From assembly GCA_026770705.1 (NCBI GenBank), contig JANJGN010000031.1, positions 1,488,001 to 1,552,000 on the forward strand: a stretch of DNA of 64,000 nt. Direction: 5' to 3'. Under the pieces are notes generated by a model. The model ran no database searches, was not told the origin of the DNA, and saw only the letters and a list, made by a program, of their open reading frames with translations. Position numbers and translations under genes: made by a program. Below are positions 45,749 to 60,400 of this stretch, piece by piece. Each line of letters starts with the position of its first letter. Positions within the stretch are counted from its first letter, which is position 1. This DNA comes from Isurus oxyrinchus. Its lineage: Eukaryota.

Positions 45749-48700
45749 AACCAAAGTGCTAAATTCTTTGCCGGCAATAATTCACAGATTATTTCATAAA
45801 CACCCGAAAAGCGACCTTGAGTCTGAGAGAAGTGAGTTAAGGGTTTTCAGCAGATTCTGAAACCGCTGTCAGGGGGCAGGTGTCCTGCTGCTGAATACAC
45901 CTTGTACAGTGTGAACCATCAGAGGCGTTTAAAGGTTCCGAAATGAATTATTTCCTAGTTGTGTGGGATATTCTCTTTAGAGATGAGATGGCTGAGCTAA
46001 GGTTTGCCGAAATGGGGAAAGGGTGAGGGTTTCCTATGGATTCTGTTTGTGCAGAGAGATTGGAGTAGCCGGGATTCTCCTCCACAGTGGAGATTAGATA
46101 ACAGCATTCAGATCCATGAAGGTTTTTCTTAGAGTGAATGGGGAGAAGCTGTATCCAGTGATTCGGAACCGATGAACGATGTTTTAAGATGACTAGGGGC
46201 GGTAATTAGAATTGCTTCCTTCAGTCAGTGATATCATTGACCCTGTCTCACTTGCTCAGTTTGAACATACATGACAATCAGGAAGCGGAAGGGGCTCAGT
46301 GTCAACCCTTGGTGCTATCCAGCTTTGACTTTGAAACTTTCATTCTCCCTGAACCTGCTTCTTATTCTTGTCTGGCACTATTTGAACATGTCCTGTAATA
46401 ATCGTAAGCACTTGTCAGAGTCTCCGCAAATTCTAATCATCAGGTCTTCCTCCTAGATACCCAGTCATAAGGCATCTTTAGATCAGTGAATACATGAGGA
46501 CTCGAAACATCAACTCTTTTCTTCTCCGCCGATGCTGCCAGACCTGTTGAGTTTTATCAGCCTAGTGAACCGTCTCTCAACTCTTTCCAATGCAAGTATA
46601 TCCCTGCTTAATTAAAGTGACCAAAATGGAACCCATTGCCGTATGTGTGGCTTCACCAATTCCCTGTGCAGTTGTATCAAGACTTCTCTACTTTCATACT
46701 TAAACATTAGAACTCTACTTTATAAGCACAAACTTGTTTCCAAATTGCATCATGGTCACACATATTCCCTATCCCTGGGCCTTCCCTCAGCATCTACAAC
46801 CCTCCCTATCTATGTAACCACCTCCAGCCTCTACAATCCTCCATATCGCTGTAATCTCTACCAGCCCCTAAAACCCTTCCTATCTATGTAATCACCTCCA
46901 GCCCCGACAACTCTCCTCCTCACTGTAATCTCCTCCAGACTCTAAACCCTCCCTATCTCTTTAATCTCCTCCTGCCCCCACAACACTCCCTGTCTCTGTA
47001 ACCTCGTCCAGCACCTACAACCGCCTATCTGTGTAACCTGCTTTTACAACCACCCCCCTCCCCCCCACCAACTCTGTGCCCTCCACCAGCCCCTTCAACC
47101 CTCCGTATCTATGTAACCAGCTCCCATCTCAAAACCTTCCGGGATCTGCAACTGTCCTAATTCTGGTCTCTGGAATATTCTCAATTTGAATTTCACTCTT
47201 ATTGGCAGCGATCAACCACCAAGTAATGGGTTTCCTTCACTACATCTCTTCGCCTCTCTATCTCTCTCCTACTTTAAGGTACTCCTGAAAACCTACCTCT
47301 TAGATCAACTTTTTGGCCATCTACTCTAATATATTCTTACCCCGCTCGGTATCAAAGCAGGTTTTATAATACCCAGGAGAAGTGTCTTGGGCTAGTTCAC
47401 TACATTAAGGATGCCATCTAAATATAACTTTTTCTCCTTGTTGGCATTAAGGTTATAACAGCATGAATTCACTAAACTGAAACCGGCGGTTAGAAGCTAA
47501 ATTATGGGGATGGATTCTTTTTAATTTCTTCTCGTGATGTGAACGTGGCAAGACCAAAATTAATTCCGGAGCCTTGAAAAATCATGGTGAGCCACCTCGT
47601 TCAATGGCTGCAGCGAATGATGTGTGGGTACATCCCCGGTTAGGGAGGGTGTCCTAATGTTTACACCCAGCAACAGCGAAAGAAGACTTAAGTATTTCCC
47701 ATTCCGAATAGTGTGTGATTTGGAGGGGTATTTGCAGGTGGTGGTGTTCCCATGTCTCTGCTGACCCTCTCTCAGGTATAAATGTTGCAGTTTTGGATCA
47801 CATTGCAAAAGAAACCTTGGCGAATTCTTGCAGTGCATCTTGTAGATGGTACACACTGTGCTACTCAGCATCGGTAGTGCATGGAGTGAATGTTTCTGGA
47901 TGTGGTGCCATCAAGCGGACTGCTTTGTCCTGGATAGTGTTTATCTTCGAGTGTTGTGGGAGCTGCACTCATCCAGGCAAGTGGAGAGTCTTCCATCACA
48001 CTCCTGACTTGTGCCATGTAGACAGTGGACATGTCTTGGGGAGTCACGAAGTGAGTTACTTTCCACAGAAAACCCAGCCTCTGACTTGCCCTTTCAGCCC
48101 ATTAGTTACGTTTCTGGTCAAAGGTAATCACTAGGATGTCGAGGATGGTGCATTCAGCGAAGGCAATGCCATTGGGAGTTGTTGGAGTTACATAGACTTG
48201 GTCTCTATTCCCTTGAGTATAATACGTTTAGTGGTTAGTTAATTAAGCATTAGAAAAATGTTAAAATGGGTTTATATATTTGAGAAAGGGAAACAGTTCC
48301 CTGTTGTAGCTGAATCCAGACAAGATGGCAAAGTATTGAAATTCAGGCTAGGTATATTCAGATGTCCTGTTCTATTCCTTCGCATGACCAATGTGCTTAT
48401 TGGAGTTAAGGGTGAAATTGAGCTTTCAAGAGAAACATATGGAACAAAGACAGTTAGATACAGTTAAGACATATTTGAACCATGGTCTAATTGAATGGCT
48501 CTACTGTTTCTGTGTAAAAGGCTCGAGAGACGTTTAAACGGCCTCTTCCTGCAGCTATATAACCGGTCTGTTTAGGGGCAATTGACCTCCTCCTGCTGAA
48601 AAGTCGAATGAGCTAAATGGGAGTCCGTTGTGCCACTTCAAACAATTTCAGTCGTCTGTTTCGTGGCCCTAGAGAGTCCTCTACTGTATTTGTGGAGAAA

Positions 48701-48922
48701 TGCAACACAGCTTCAGTATATCGATTGAGAACAAATTCGCTCCTCTCTATCGTTCTTCCATTGTTTATTACATTCTCTCTTTCCTTCCTTTCTTTCGATA
48801 TTCCCGATGTACCTTTTGTCTCTTCTTCTTGTCAAAAACACATTCATTCTGCAAAATGAAATCAAGTTTTTTTGGGGACAGCGCATGATTTCCTCATTCA
48901 CAGTTGTTTCCTGCCGCCTTTG

Positions 48923-48961
48923 GGCTTTTGTTGAGCTGCTCCATTTCTGTGAGTCACTGTG
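48923..48961 (-). other. 23-RSS of V-A3
   Basis: CACAGTG, 23-nt spacer, ACAAAAGCC. Confidence 0.95.
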
Positions 48962-49465
48962 AAGACTCCAGGCGCAGTAATACACGGCCGAGTGATCCGC
49001 CTGCAGGTTGGGGGTCTCCAGTTTGAATTCAGGGTCACTCGGTCTCCGGGCAGTGAAACCGTCCACCGGGTCCCTCGGAACTAACTTGGTTGATAGCAGC
49101 TGAGTAAAACATTATTTGGGGCTCTCTCCCCGGGTATTGTCTGTACCAGTTAATAGCAGGGTTAGTGCTGCCCTCCACATCACAATTCAGTTCCACTGCC
49201 TGCCCGGGAAATTTGGAGACAGCGGCGGGAGTCTGGCGGATCGTCTGCGAGTTCACGTCTGGAGAAGAGGCAGGAAGAGGAGGAGGTCAGAACCCGAGAA
49301 ATTCTGGAGATGGAGAAGGAAAGTGGGAAAGAAAGAAAGGAAGGAAGGGGGGAGGAGAGGAATAATGAAGGAAAGGAAATATAAAGGATTGTCGTTTAAA
49401 CGGTTATTGCATAAAAAACATCACTTACATTGAAATAAGATCAGCAATCTCAAAACCACGTACAT
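48962..49465 (-). pseudogene. TRBV: TCR beta V pseudogene A3
   Basis: Leader 49465-49429 intact; V exon 49258-48962 has the shared +1 frameshift. Confidence 0.9.
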
Positions 49466-51659
49466 GTTGACCGGTAAAATTTTCCTATAATAGGGAAATG
49501 AGCTGAACCAAGGGCGTTGGGCATTGTTGGGAACCGACCTGCTTGTTTAAAATCATTGATGAAAACATGAAGAGCTTAAGGAAGTGAGTTAGGTGTAAAA
49601 AGCCAAGCCCCGCCCCCTCTGATTGAAAGCCCCGCCCTCATTATTGGGTGGAACAGGACGTTTCAAAGCGGACAGAGTGGGAAAAGAAGCGGCAGATGCA
49701 TTTTGATGTGACCCATTCTCAGGACATCCAGGGTCGACCTAAGAAAGAGGGAGCAGGATACTTTCTAACTGGCGGAAGCGAAGGACTCTGGAGCTGCAAA
49801 GGAATTTAGTTGTCTCGCTGAACAAGGAAGAATCATACAGTCCAATCGAATTTTTACTTGAAGGGAACTAGAAGGCGAAACGGAGGAAGTTCTGGCTCAT
49901 TGTAAGGAACTCAGAACAAACCCCTCCGACAATCCTTCTTTCCATTCGGGGCAGTCACATCAGGAAGGATGAATTGGACCTGGAGGGTGTTCAACGCTGA
50001 TGCAACAGAATTATATCTTGGTTTAAGGGGTTAAATCATGAGGACAGGTTGCATAATCTTGTCTGCCTGACCTTCAGCATGAAAGACCCACGGGAACATT
50101 TGAGGTTCTTTCATGAGTTTCAGAAGCAGTTATCACAGGCTATAGGTACCTTGTTTTCTAGATTCCCACACCAGGAAAAATAGTATAACTTCACAGTTAG
50201 AGACATGTCTTTCAGGGTGATGTGAGGAAATATTTCCTCTGACAAATGGTTGTAGAAATCTGGAACTGTCTCCCAGCAAAAGATTAATGGGGGGGGGGAG
50301 GGGGGGTGCGTTAACCTTACATTTCAAAACTGAGATTGATGGACTTTTTGGGGGACAGTGTGCTGAGAAATATGGACTGGAGGTGGACAGTTGGAGGTAA
50401 AATGTAGTCCTGACGCGGTCATGGTAACCATTAACATTAACACTCCCTTTTTCCTTTAGCTCATGACATCTTTGTCAATCTCTCATTTGCCTCCACCTAT
50501 CGCTGGCTTTGTATCCAGATCGACCTGCCCACCCCCCTTAAACAGTATAAATTTCAACATATTTCTACTTCTCTTCAACTCTGAATAAGGGTCATACGGA
50601 CTCAAAGCGTTAACACCTTCTCTCTCCACAGATGCTGCTAGGCCTGCTGTGTTCTTTCAACATTTTCTGGGTTTTTGTTTTCAGATTTCTGGCATCTGCA
50701 CTATTTTGCTTTTATTTTAGTCATTTCCCTCGCCCTTTCTCTCTCTCTCTTTTTTCTGTTGTTCTTCCTTCTCTAACCTTCCCTCTCCCTTTCTATCCTT
50801 ATTTCCCTCTTTCCTTTCTTTTTTTCACATTACTTAGTTGAATCTATTTATTTCTCCCTCATGTATTTGTTTAGTTTCTCCTCAAGCACATCCCTGCTGC
50901 AACCACATTCTCACCACCCACTGGATTTATTTCTCCTGGATTCCCAGTTAATTGTATTACTGATGACGTCTTCTAATCGTTTTGATCTTCCTAGAAAGTG
51001 GAAACATGTTTGCGTTATCTTTCCTATCAAACAACTTTCACAATTTCAAATACCTCTATCATGAAAATATCTCAATCTTCTTGCTCGAATAGAAATGCAT
51101 ATTCCAATTCTTTGCTTTTAACTATAGTCTCTCAGTTCTGGTAACCTCCTCCTTAATTTTCCTTTTCACTTTCTACAGTCCTTCACAATATAATCAGTCA
51201 CTTTCATTGTAGTCTTTTCTCTTATTGTCAAAAACCATATTAGCTCTGCAAGAAGAACAAAACACAACAGGTCCAGCCACCGCGCAGTGTTACCATTCGC
51301 AGCTGTTTCCTGCCGCCTTTGCATGAATTAGTTTGTTCCAAACTCCTGATTCGTTTTTGTAACTTATTCTCATCTTCCCCACCTCAATTCTAATAAATCC
51401 CTTCATCATTTCAATAAAACTTCTTGACAACTGCTCTCAACATCTATTTTCCAACAAAAACGAACAAATTCAGAATATGCTGATGCTTGACCCACTCATA
51501 TCTGGGAACTCTCTTCTCCAGTGCTTCCCAAACTAATCACTCACTTTTATTCTCGCTGTTCTCTTATTGTCAAAAGGTCTTTGCCCCGAGAGAAAAAGAA
51601 ACAGGGAGTCGAAGCGCCCGGTAATGTTGTTTCGAGCAGCTGTTTCCTGCCGCCTTTGG

Positions 51660-51698
51660 GGTTTTTGTTGAGCTGCTCCATCTCTCTGAGTCACTGTG
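51660..51698 (-). other. 23-RSS of V-B3 (consensus)
   Basis: CACAGTG, 23-nt spacer, ACAAAAACC. Confidence 0.97.
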
Positions 51699-52222
51699 CA
51701 GACTCCAGGCGCAGTAATACACGGCCGAGTGATTCCCCCGCAGGCTGGGGGACTCCAGCATGAACTTGGAGCCACTCGGTCTCTGGGCCTTGAAACCGTC
51801 CACCGGCCCCTCTGAACTCACTTGATTGGTGCCTGCGGAGTAAAACATCAGCTGCGGCTCCCTCCCCGGGTACTGTCTGTACCAGAACATGTAAGGGTTA
51901 CTGCTCCCCTCCATAGTGCACTCCAGTTCCACTTCATCCCCGGAATATCTGGAGACAGCAGCGGGAGTCTGGCGGATAGTCTGTGAGTTCACATCTGGGG
52001 AACAGAAGGAGAGCGGAAGCCGTCAGTAAAGGGGGTTAATTGGGTGTTGGGGAAACAAAGAAAGATAAGAGATAAACGTAGAGAAATAGAAAGAAACACC
52101 AGAAGGAGAGAGAGCAAGGGAAGGTCAGCAAGTGGAGCGGAAAGCTCGAGGCTGAGCTGGAATTGTTGTCTGGAAAGTTCCTTACAGTGAAACATGATTA
52201 ACGGCGGCAGCAACAGATACAT
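51699..52222 (-). CDS. TRBV: TCR beta V gene segment B3, apparently functional; exons 52222-52186 and 51994-51699
   Basis: Intact; V-region protein identical to B2. Confidence 0.92.
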
Positions 52223-54272
52223 CTTCCACTTCAGGTTCCCTTTGAACCAATCTTTATCACTGGTAAGAAAACACTAGAAATAAAATGCTCCACCTCCTCA
52301 CTCTGATTGGCAGCCCAACCCCTCCCATTCAGACTAACAGCCCCGCCTTTTCCCGTTTCAGCCCCGCCTCTCTCTCCCTGATTGGATTATGTGGAGCTGC
52401 GGGCAGCAGGAAGGTGCGCACATGGGGGTGTTAGTGGACAGGGCAAAACTCGAGGGGTCACAACTCAGATTCATCAGGACAATACCGGAGTTTAGAGGGG
52501 TAAATTAAGAAGACAGGCTGCAGCAACCTTGCTGCATTCCCTGAATTTAGAATAGTGAGGGGTGACTTAATTCAACTGCTCAAACTGGAAAAGCAAAATT
52601 GAGGGTATTTGATAGAAACTTTTCTCTCTGCTGGGAGGACTGTCCAAAAGAGTAGAATAACCTTAAAATTAGAGTTCGGAATGAGAGGTGAGCTTATTGA
52701 TACATAGAAGATTCGGAGGTTGGCTTGAAAAGGCAGATACTGTTCTAGTTCTGTCGAAGGGTCATGAGGGTCAACTCTTTTCTTCTCCGCCGATGCTGCC
52801 AGACCTGCTGAGTTTTTCCAGGTAATTCTGTCTTTGTTTTGGATTTCCAGCATCCGCAGTTTTCTTTGTTTTTATTTTTAGATACTGTTCTTCATGGGGG
52901 AAGAGAGAACTCGGAGCAGTTTCAAAAAAGGGGGTCGCCCGTTTAAGAGGGAGATGAGGAACAATCTCTTTGAGAGTCGTGAATGTTTGCAATTCTGTAC
53001 CTCAAAGAGCAGTGGAGGATGGGTCAATGAATATATTCAAGGCTGAGCAAAAGTTTTGAATTATTCAGGAAATAGGAGATAATGAATGCGGGAAGGCTGC
53101 AGACAAAGTGGATAAGGCTGCAATGAGATTTGCCATGATCTCATTGAATGGCAGAGCAGGCTCGTGGGGCCGAATGGCCTACTCCTGCTTTTCTTTCTTA
53201 TGTCCTTAAGTTATGACCGGCTAACTTGCTCCTATATCAGTAACTACTTTCGATATTCCCGGGATAGTTTTCACTCTGACCAGCCTTGTATTCCCTGGAA
53301 TGTAGAAGTTCGAAGAGTGAGCAAATCAAGGCGTTAATGATTAAAGGATTTGATAAAGCAGATGGAGAGAAAGCATTTCCATTGGCTGGGGAAGGGTCCA
53401 CCACACCGGCGCAGTACAATCAAATTCGACTCAGGCCGGTGGAAATCTTGAGCTCGGTCCCCTGCAAACAGCTGTGGAGCCTGGGGATCAACTGTAACCT
53501 TCAACAGCCGAATTAATCGAAAACAGAAAATGGTGGGAAAACGCAGGTCAGGCAGCATCTGTGGGGAGAGAAACAGATTTAACGTTTCGAGTCCGTCTAA
53601 CACTTCCTCAGACCGGAAATTATAGATTTTTGTAATGTTGGGAGAACGAAAATACAGAGCGCAGGCGGGTAAATGGAGCGAAGAAACAGAGCAGCCACGA
53701 TTCCATTGAATGAATGAACAGTTTCGCGGTGAGGAATCGCCTCCTCCGCCGACTCGAATGGCCGAATGGTCTCCCGATATTCCTGTGTAAAAACTTCATT
53801 AAGCTCGATGGGCCTCCTCCTGTTCCTGTCTAATAGTTTCGAGAGGGGGCTGAAATGACCTCCTCCTTTACGTATGTAACAAATCCAAAGGGACAGAATG
53901 GGGACGTATGTAAGAAAACCAAAGGGACAGAATGGGGCTTCCGTATGTTGCCGTGCTGAATGGACGCCTTCTGTAACTTTGTTTCCTTTAAAACATTGTC
54001 CGGCGCTGGTCTCCTTGATGGTCTTTGTCCGTCCCCTGCTGCTCCAAGGAGAACGCGCACTTAGTGAATAAATTTCAATTATTTTTGCTGCAGTCACAAA
54101 CTCCTAATTCTGGTACAATATTGTTAATTAAACTCCAGTGTTTTTACATCCATTCCCTCACTTTCATAGTAACCGGTTTCCTCTTATTGCCATAAACACG
54201 TTATTCAGCAAACGTGAAACTGGGGGCAACCGCCTGGTTCTCTCATTTACAGCTGTTTCCTGCCGCCTTTAG

Positions 54273-54311
54273 GGTTGTTGTTGAGCTGCTCCATCTCTCT
54301 GAGTCACTGTG
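54273..54311 (-). other. 23-RSS of V-C3
   Basis: CACAGTG, 23-nt spacer, ACAACAACC. Confidence 0.92.
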
Positions 54312-54789
54312 CAGACTCCAGGCGCAGTAATACACGGCCGCGTGATCCACCGGGCGACTCCAACTTGAACTCCGAGTCTCTCGATCTCCGAGCGGTGAAA
54401 CCGCCCACCGGCCCCTCTGGATTTACAATATTGGTGCCTCAGGAGTCAAACATCAGCTGCAGCTCTTTCCCCGGGTCCTGTCTGTACCAGAACATGACAC
54501 CGCTACTGGCTCCATCCGCAGTGCAATTCAATTCCACTCTCTCTCCAAGAAATTTGGAAATAGTTCGGGGAATCTGATGGACTGTCGCCGATTTCGCGGC
54601 TGAGAAACAAAACGGGAGAGAAGGACGTAAATAAACAGGGACATTCTCATGGAGAAGCAGGGAATGAAAGAGAAAACATGAGAGAAGGATGGAAGAAAAT
54701 AAATGATAAACGATGGATGTTGACAAACATTGTCGCTTGAAAAATCACTTACACTGAATTAAGATCATGACACTCAGCAACAGAAACAT
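54312..54789 (-). pseudogene. TRBV: TCR beta V pseudogene C3
   Basis: Leader 54789-54753; V exon 54599-54312 has a premature TGA and an 8-nt deletion. Confidence 0.9.
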
Positions 54790-56868
54790 CTTTCACTTTA
54801 AGTTTGTCTTGTAATTGGGAAAGGAACGAAAACTGGAGAGGCCAGGCTTGATGGGAGTGAAACCGCCTCCTGTCAAATCAATGAAGGGAAGATGGAGGGC
54901 CCAGGGATGTGTGCATATAGCCCTCCCTCCATGGTGGAAAGACACGCCCTCTCCCTCAATAATTGGCTGTAAGTGGAGCTGATAAGAACAGCAGGTTTCA
55001 AAGGCCAGAGGGCGCGAGTGGGCAAAGCAGTCGCAGATGCAGTGGGTAATGTCAGAGGTCACAATTATCGGCCTAAGCGGGGAGAGCATAATATGTTCTA
55101 ACTGGCGAGAAGCGAAGAACTCTAGAGCTGCAAAGGAACTTAGTTATCCAGCATGAAAAATCTCAGATAGACAGAAAGAAAAATGAGTCACCAAGGTGAA
55201 TGGAATGCTAGCCTTTACTCAAGCGGAGCTGGAGTGCAGCATGGAGCCAGTTACACTCCAGTTGTTGAGAGCGCCGGGCGGACTCCATCGCGAGATTTAT
55301 TTCAGTTCTGGCCAGCTCACCTCAGGAGGGATGTATTAGTCTGAGAGGGGGCGGGGGACAAAGTGGATTGACCAGATTAATATTGGGCTCAAATCGTTAA
55401 ATCACGTGGACGGTTTCTCTGTATTCCCTTGAGTTTACAAGATTGAGGAATGTATTTGCGAGCCCCTTTTTGGACATTTTAGAAAGGTATCCCGCGTTAA
55501 TAAATAGGTGCTATTTCATCTAGTGTTCTTCTAGAACAATGAGGTGCAGTATGTTGCTTAGTGCTGGTGTTGGCATCATGGTGTTGTTACTGGTCTCGTA
55601 TTTCAGAGAGCCACGATTATTCTCTGGGGGCCCGGGTTCAGGTCCCACCACGGCAGGTGGCGAAATTTGAATCCAATCAAAATCTGAAATTGAAAGTCTG
55701 ATGACTATGAACCGATTGTCGTAAAAACCCATCTGGTTCCCTTTAGGGAAGAGAATGTGCCGTCCTTACCCTGGTCTGGTCTACATGTGACTCCACACCC
55801 ACACCCGCAGCAATGTGGTTCACTCTGAACGAGGGTAATGAGGGATGGCAAATAAATGCTGGCCTAGCCAGCGACGCCCACATCCCACGAACGAACCATT
55901 AAAAATAAAGCCTAGGCCTTATTAGAGGCGTGCGGTAAGGAAGAACTGATTAAACAACGGATAGTGAAAACCTGCAACATTCTCCCCAAAATACAGTCAA
56001 TGTTGGTGGTCAATTTCAAAATTGAGGTTGATAGATTTTGTTCGGTCAGTGTTTCAAGGGATGAGTAGTGGAGGTAGGTAGATGGAATGAACGGTACAGA
56101 TCAGCTATAATGCTATAGTGGAACAGGCTCGAAGGGCTGTCTCGCCTCCATCTGTTTCTGTTCCAATTTCACCATGTTCCAGGCACTGATGTGTTTCATG
56201 GTCCTAGAGCGTCCTCTGCAGTTCGAGTTGGGAAAGAAATCGCAGAGTCAGTGTATTAAAGCCCAGCCTTTTCTGTGCTTCCTTAACGCTGTTTCCCTTC
56301 CCTTTTGTAATTTATCTTTTATTTTTATTTGCTATTTAATTTGCCGCACTCACAGCTAAATTCACAGTGAAAACCAGCCTCGTCCGCTGACTGTGCTCAA
56401 AACTTCAGCCCAGAGTGGGTTATTCATTTATTCACTTATTCATTTCTCATTCGTGTTTATCCAGTTTCCGCTTCAGGGCATCGATAATATTCCCCTCAAA
56501 CACTCGGTGGTGGCGACTTCCACATGCTTTGCTTGAATTAGATTGTTCCAAATTCCTAATTCGATTTTGTAACTGATTCTCATCTTCTCCACCTGAATCC
56601 TACTGAACCGCTTCATCGTTTCAATAAAACTTCATGAGAATTGCTCTCAACCTCCATTTTCCAGCAAAAACAAACAAATTTAGACTTTGCTGATGGTTTC
56701 ACCACTCATAGCTGGCAACTCCCTGCTCCAGTGCTTCACAATCTATTCATTCATTTTATTGTAACTGTTCTCTTATTGTCAAAAGGTCTTTGTCCCGAGA
56801 GAAAAAGAAACAGCGAGTCGAAGCGCCTCGTAATGTTGTCTCGAGCAGCTGTTTCCTGCCGCCTTTGG

Positions 56869-56907
56869 GGTTTTTGTTGAGCTGCTCCATCTCTCTGAGT
56901 CACTGTG
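56869..56907 (-). other. 23-RSS of V-D3 (consensus)
   Basis: CACAGTG, 23-nt spacer, ACAAAAACC. Confidence 0.97.
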
Positions 56908-57410
56908 CAGACTCCAGGCGCAGTAATACACGGCCGAGTGATTCCCCCGCAGGCTGGGGGACTCCAGCATGAACTTGGAGTCACTCGGTCTCTGGGCCTT
57001 GAAACCGTCCACCGGCCCCTCTGAATTCACCTGATTGGTGCCTCTGGAGTAAAACATCAGCTGCGGCTCCCTCCCCGGGTACTGTCTGTACCAGAACATG
57101 TAAAGGTTACTGCTCCCCTCCATAGTGCACTCCAGTTCCACTTCATCCCCGCGAAATCTGGAGACGGCAGCGGGAGTCTGGCGGATAGTCTGTGAGTTCA
57201 CATCTGGGGAAGAGAATGGAAGGAGGAGGTCAGTAAGTGGAGACAATGGCAGAGATTGGGGGAAAAAGGACAAAAAGAAAAGAAAAATAGCAAAAGACAG
57301 AAAGAAAGAGATAGAAATAAAAATATAAAAGAAGGTTATGAATGAGAGTTACTATTTAAAAGAATTCACTTACGGTGAAACAAGGTCATCAGACCCAGCA
57401 ACAGATACAT
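56908..57410 (-). CDS. TRBV: TCR beta V gene segment D3, apparently functional; exons 57410-57374 and 57203-56908
   Basis: Intact leader, splice sites and V exon (CDR1 GSSNLY), YYCAWSL. Confidence 0.93.
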
Positions 57411-60400
57411 TTTTAACTTGAAGTCTTTTACTCAATAAACACAGGAGCGAGAACAGAAGTGTGGACGCCTGTGAGGGGCCAACCCGCTCTTATCAAAACA
57501 TCGAGGAAAACACGAAGAGCGGGAGGAAGTGATGAAGATTCGGACACACCTCTCCCTCTGAATGGCCTTTCTGCGACTCCCTCTCGAAGTTGCTGGGCCC
57601 TCCCTCTCTCTGATGTATTGACTCCCCGTACAGCCTGTTAACGTTTAAAGAGAAACTGAACTCCCAGTGAAAACAGTACGATACAAGATTTTAGGTTTTG
57701 AATAAGAAAAGCTTTACTGTACAAAACTTGTAAATTAACATAATATTTTGTAATGACTCTGTTTAAAACCCATTTTACTTTCTACTTCCACTCAAGAATT
57801 TCTTTATACATTACAAGGTCTGGAGGTTTCATTCACTTCTTCTGAGACAAACCAAGGTACATCACAGTTCTCGGTAATTCACTCGGTAATTCTCCTCAAT
57901 GATCCAGCTATTCTCTGATGTGCAAGTGCTTTTAGGATCCTTCCACCAGCATTTGTATAGGTGACTCCAACCCTCCTTTGACACCTCCCGATTGTGGATC
58001 CCCACAGCTCAAGCATGGGCTTCACCATCTTGCGTAATTACTTTTAAAATCAGAAAATCACCTTTCATTTCTGACAGCCCTTTGTTATGGTTCTCATTGC
58101 TTCACAGCTCCTGGCAGACCTTCTCTCTGCTTTTCTTCAAGCTGAGTGACTGTTTCTGTGAGAAAACATATAGATAAAAACCCAAAACAAAAGTTTACCT
58201 TCCTGCATTGCATATCTCCATAGCAACGTGTGGATACCTGGATGTTCCTAACAGAAATGTAAATTATCAAAACAACCCTTCGATTCTGGGTCCCACACGA
58301 ATAATTTACATCTCTAATGAGAATAACAACCATCTTACCAGATTCTCAGGTTCCATGAAGAAACTCATTGTTTATAAAATAGTTTAAGAGCTTCTCAAAT
58401 CTAGAGAGCCTACATGAATTATTTAAACCTCCTCAGTTTACACTCCAACTTTTATGCATTTTCTAAGATGTTGTGAGACAAACGGGCTGCTATACAGAGA
58501 TCCAGATGTGCTGTTATAGAATGCTAGGTGTAAATATCTTTCACCACTATCCCAAAATCAAACTTTCCTCTTTGAACTGTAATGAAGAGGTGAACTGTCG
58601 AGTATTTCTTTATTTGTGAATTGATAGGGTAGATAGTTTACAGTTCTCTCCTCTGTGGGGAAATTCAGAACAACTTTACAATAAAATCAACACACATACG
58701 AATTAGGAGCAGGAGTAGGCCACTCGGCCCCTCTAGCCTGCTCCGCCATTCAATAAAACCATGGCTGATCTAATTTTCACCTCAACTTCAAATTCCTGCC
58801 TACTCCTGCTAACCTTTCACCTCCTTAATATCAAGAATCTCTCTACTTCCGCCTTAATGATATTCAAAGACTCTCCCTCAAACACCTTTTGCAGAAAAGA
58901 ATTCCAAACCCTCACAACACTCTGAGAGAAAAATATCCTCACCACTGCCTGAAATAGGCAATGCCTAATTTTTAAACAGTGCCCCTTAGTTCGAGATTCT
59001 CCCACAAGAAGAAACATCCTCTCCACAACCACCTTGTCAAGACCCCTAAGGAACTTATATGTTTCAATCAAGTCGCCTCTTCCCTTCTAAACTCCACTGG
59101 ATACAAGCCTAGTCTGACAAACCTTTCCTTATAAGACAACCCGCCCATTCCAGTATTAATCTAGGAAAACTTCTCTGAACCGCTTCCAATGCATTTCCAT
59201 CCTTCCTTAAATACTGCACACAGTACTGAGATGTGGTCTCACCAATGCCCTAAATAACTGAAGCATAACTTCCCTATCCTTGTTTTCAACTCCCATCACA
59301 ATAAACAATAACATTCTCTTAGCTTTCCCAATTACTTGCTGTACCTGCATTCTAACCTTTTGGGATTCAAGCACTTGGGCACCCAGAAATCTCTACATCT
59401 CAGAGCTCTGCAATCTCTCACCATTTATATAATATTCTTCTTTTTATGTCCTGCCAAAATGGGCAACTTCACATTTTCTCACATTAATACTGTATTTGCC
59501 AGGTCTTTACCCACTCATTTAACTAATCTATATCCGTTTGTAACCTTCTTATGTCCTCTTCACAATTTACTTACCTACCTATCTTTGGATCAACAGCAAA
59601 TTTAACAACAATATCATCATTCCCTTCATGTTAATTATTTGTATAAATTGTGAAGTGTTGAGGCCCCAGCATTGACACCTGTAGCACATCACTCGCCACA
59701 TCCCAGCAACCAGAAAAAGACATATTTATGCCTACTCTCTGTTTCCTGTTAGCTAGTCAATCTGTTATCCATGCCAATATGTAATGTCAAATACCACGTG
59801 CTCTTATTGTCAGTAATAATCTTTGATGTGGCACTTTATCAAATGCTTTCTGGAACTCTCAATGTAGTACATCCACCAGTTCGCCTTTATTAACAGTACC
59901 TTTTCCTGTTTCAAAGAACTCCAATGAATTGGTTAAATATCATTTCCCTCTCTCAAAACCATGTTGACTCTGCCTGATGACCTTGAATTTACCTAAGTGT
60001 CCTGTTATAGCATCTTTGAGAACCACTTATGTCATTTTCCCTTTGACAGGTGTAAAGCTCACTGCCCTATAGATTCCTGCTCTCTGTCTCCCTTCCTTTT
60101 CAATAAAGCAGTTATATCAGGTTTTTTTGCAATCAGAACTAGGCTGTTGAGTTATGATATCAAGAAGCATTTATTCACACAAACAAATCTGTAACACTTG
60201 CCCCAATGATCACTGGATGACTTGGAGGGTCATTTGAAGATTTAAGACCGAAATTGATAGTTTTTTGTTGGGTAAATGTATGAATGGTGACAAGGCAGAT
60301 AATTGAAATTAAGATACAGAACAGCTGGAATCTAATTGAATTGTCTGGCAGGTACGAAAGACTCCCGATTTTTCTTGAGTTCTCTACTTGAAGGCAGGTC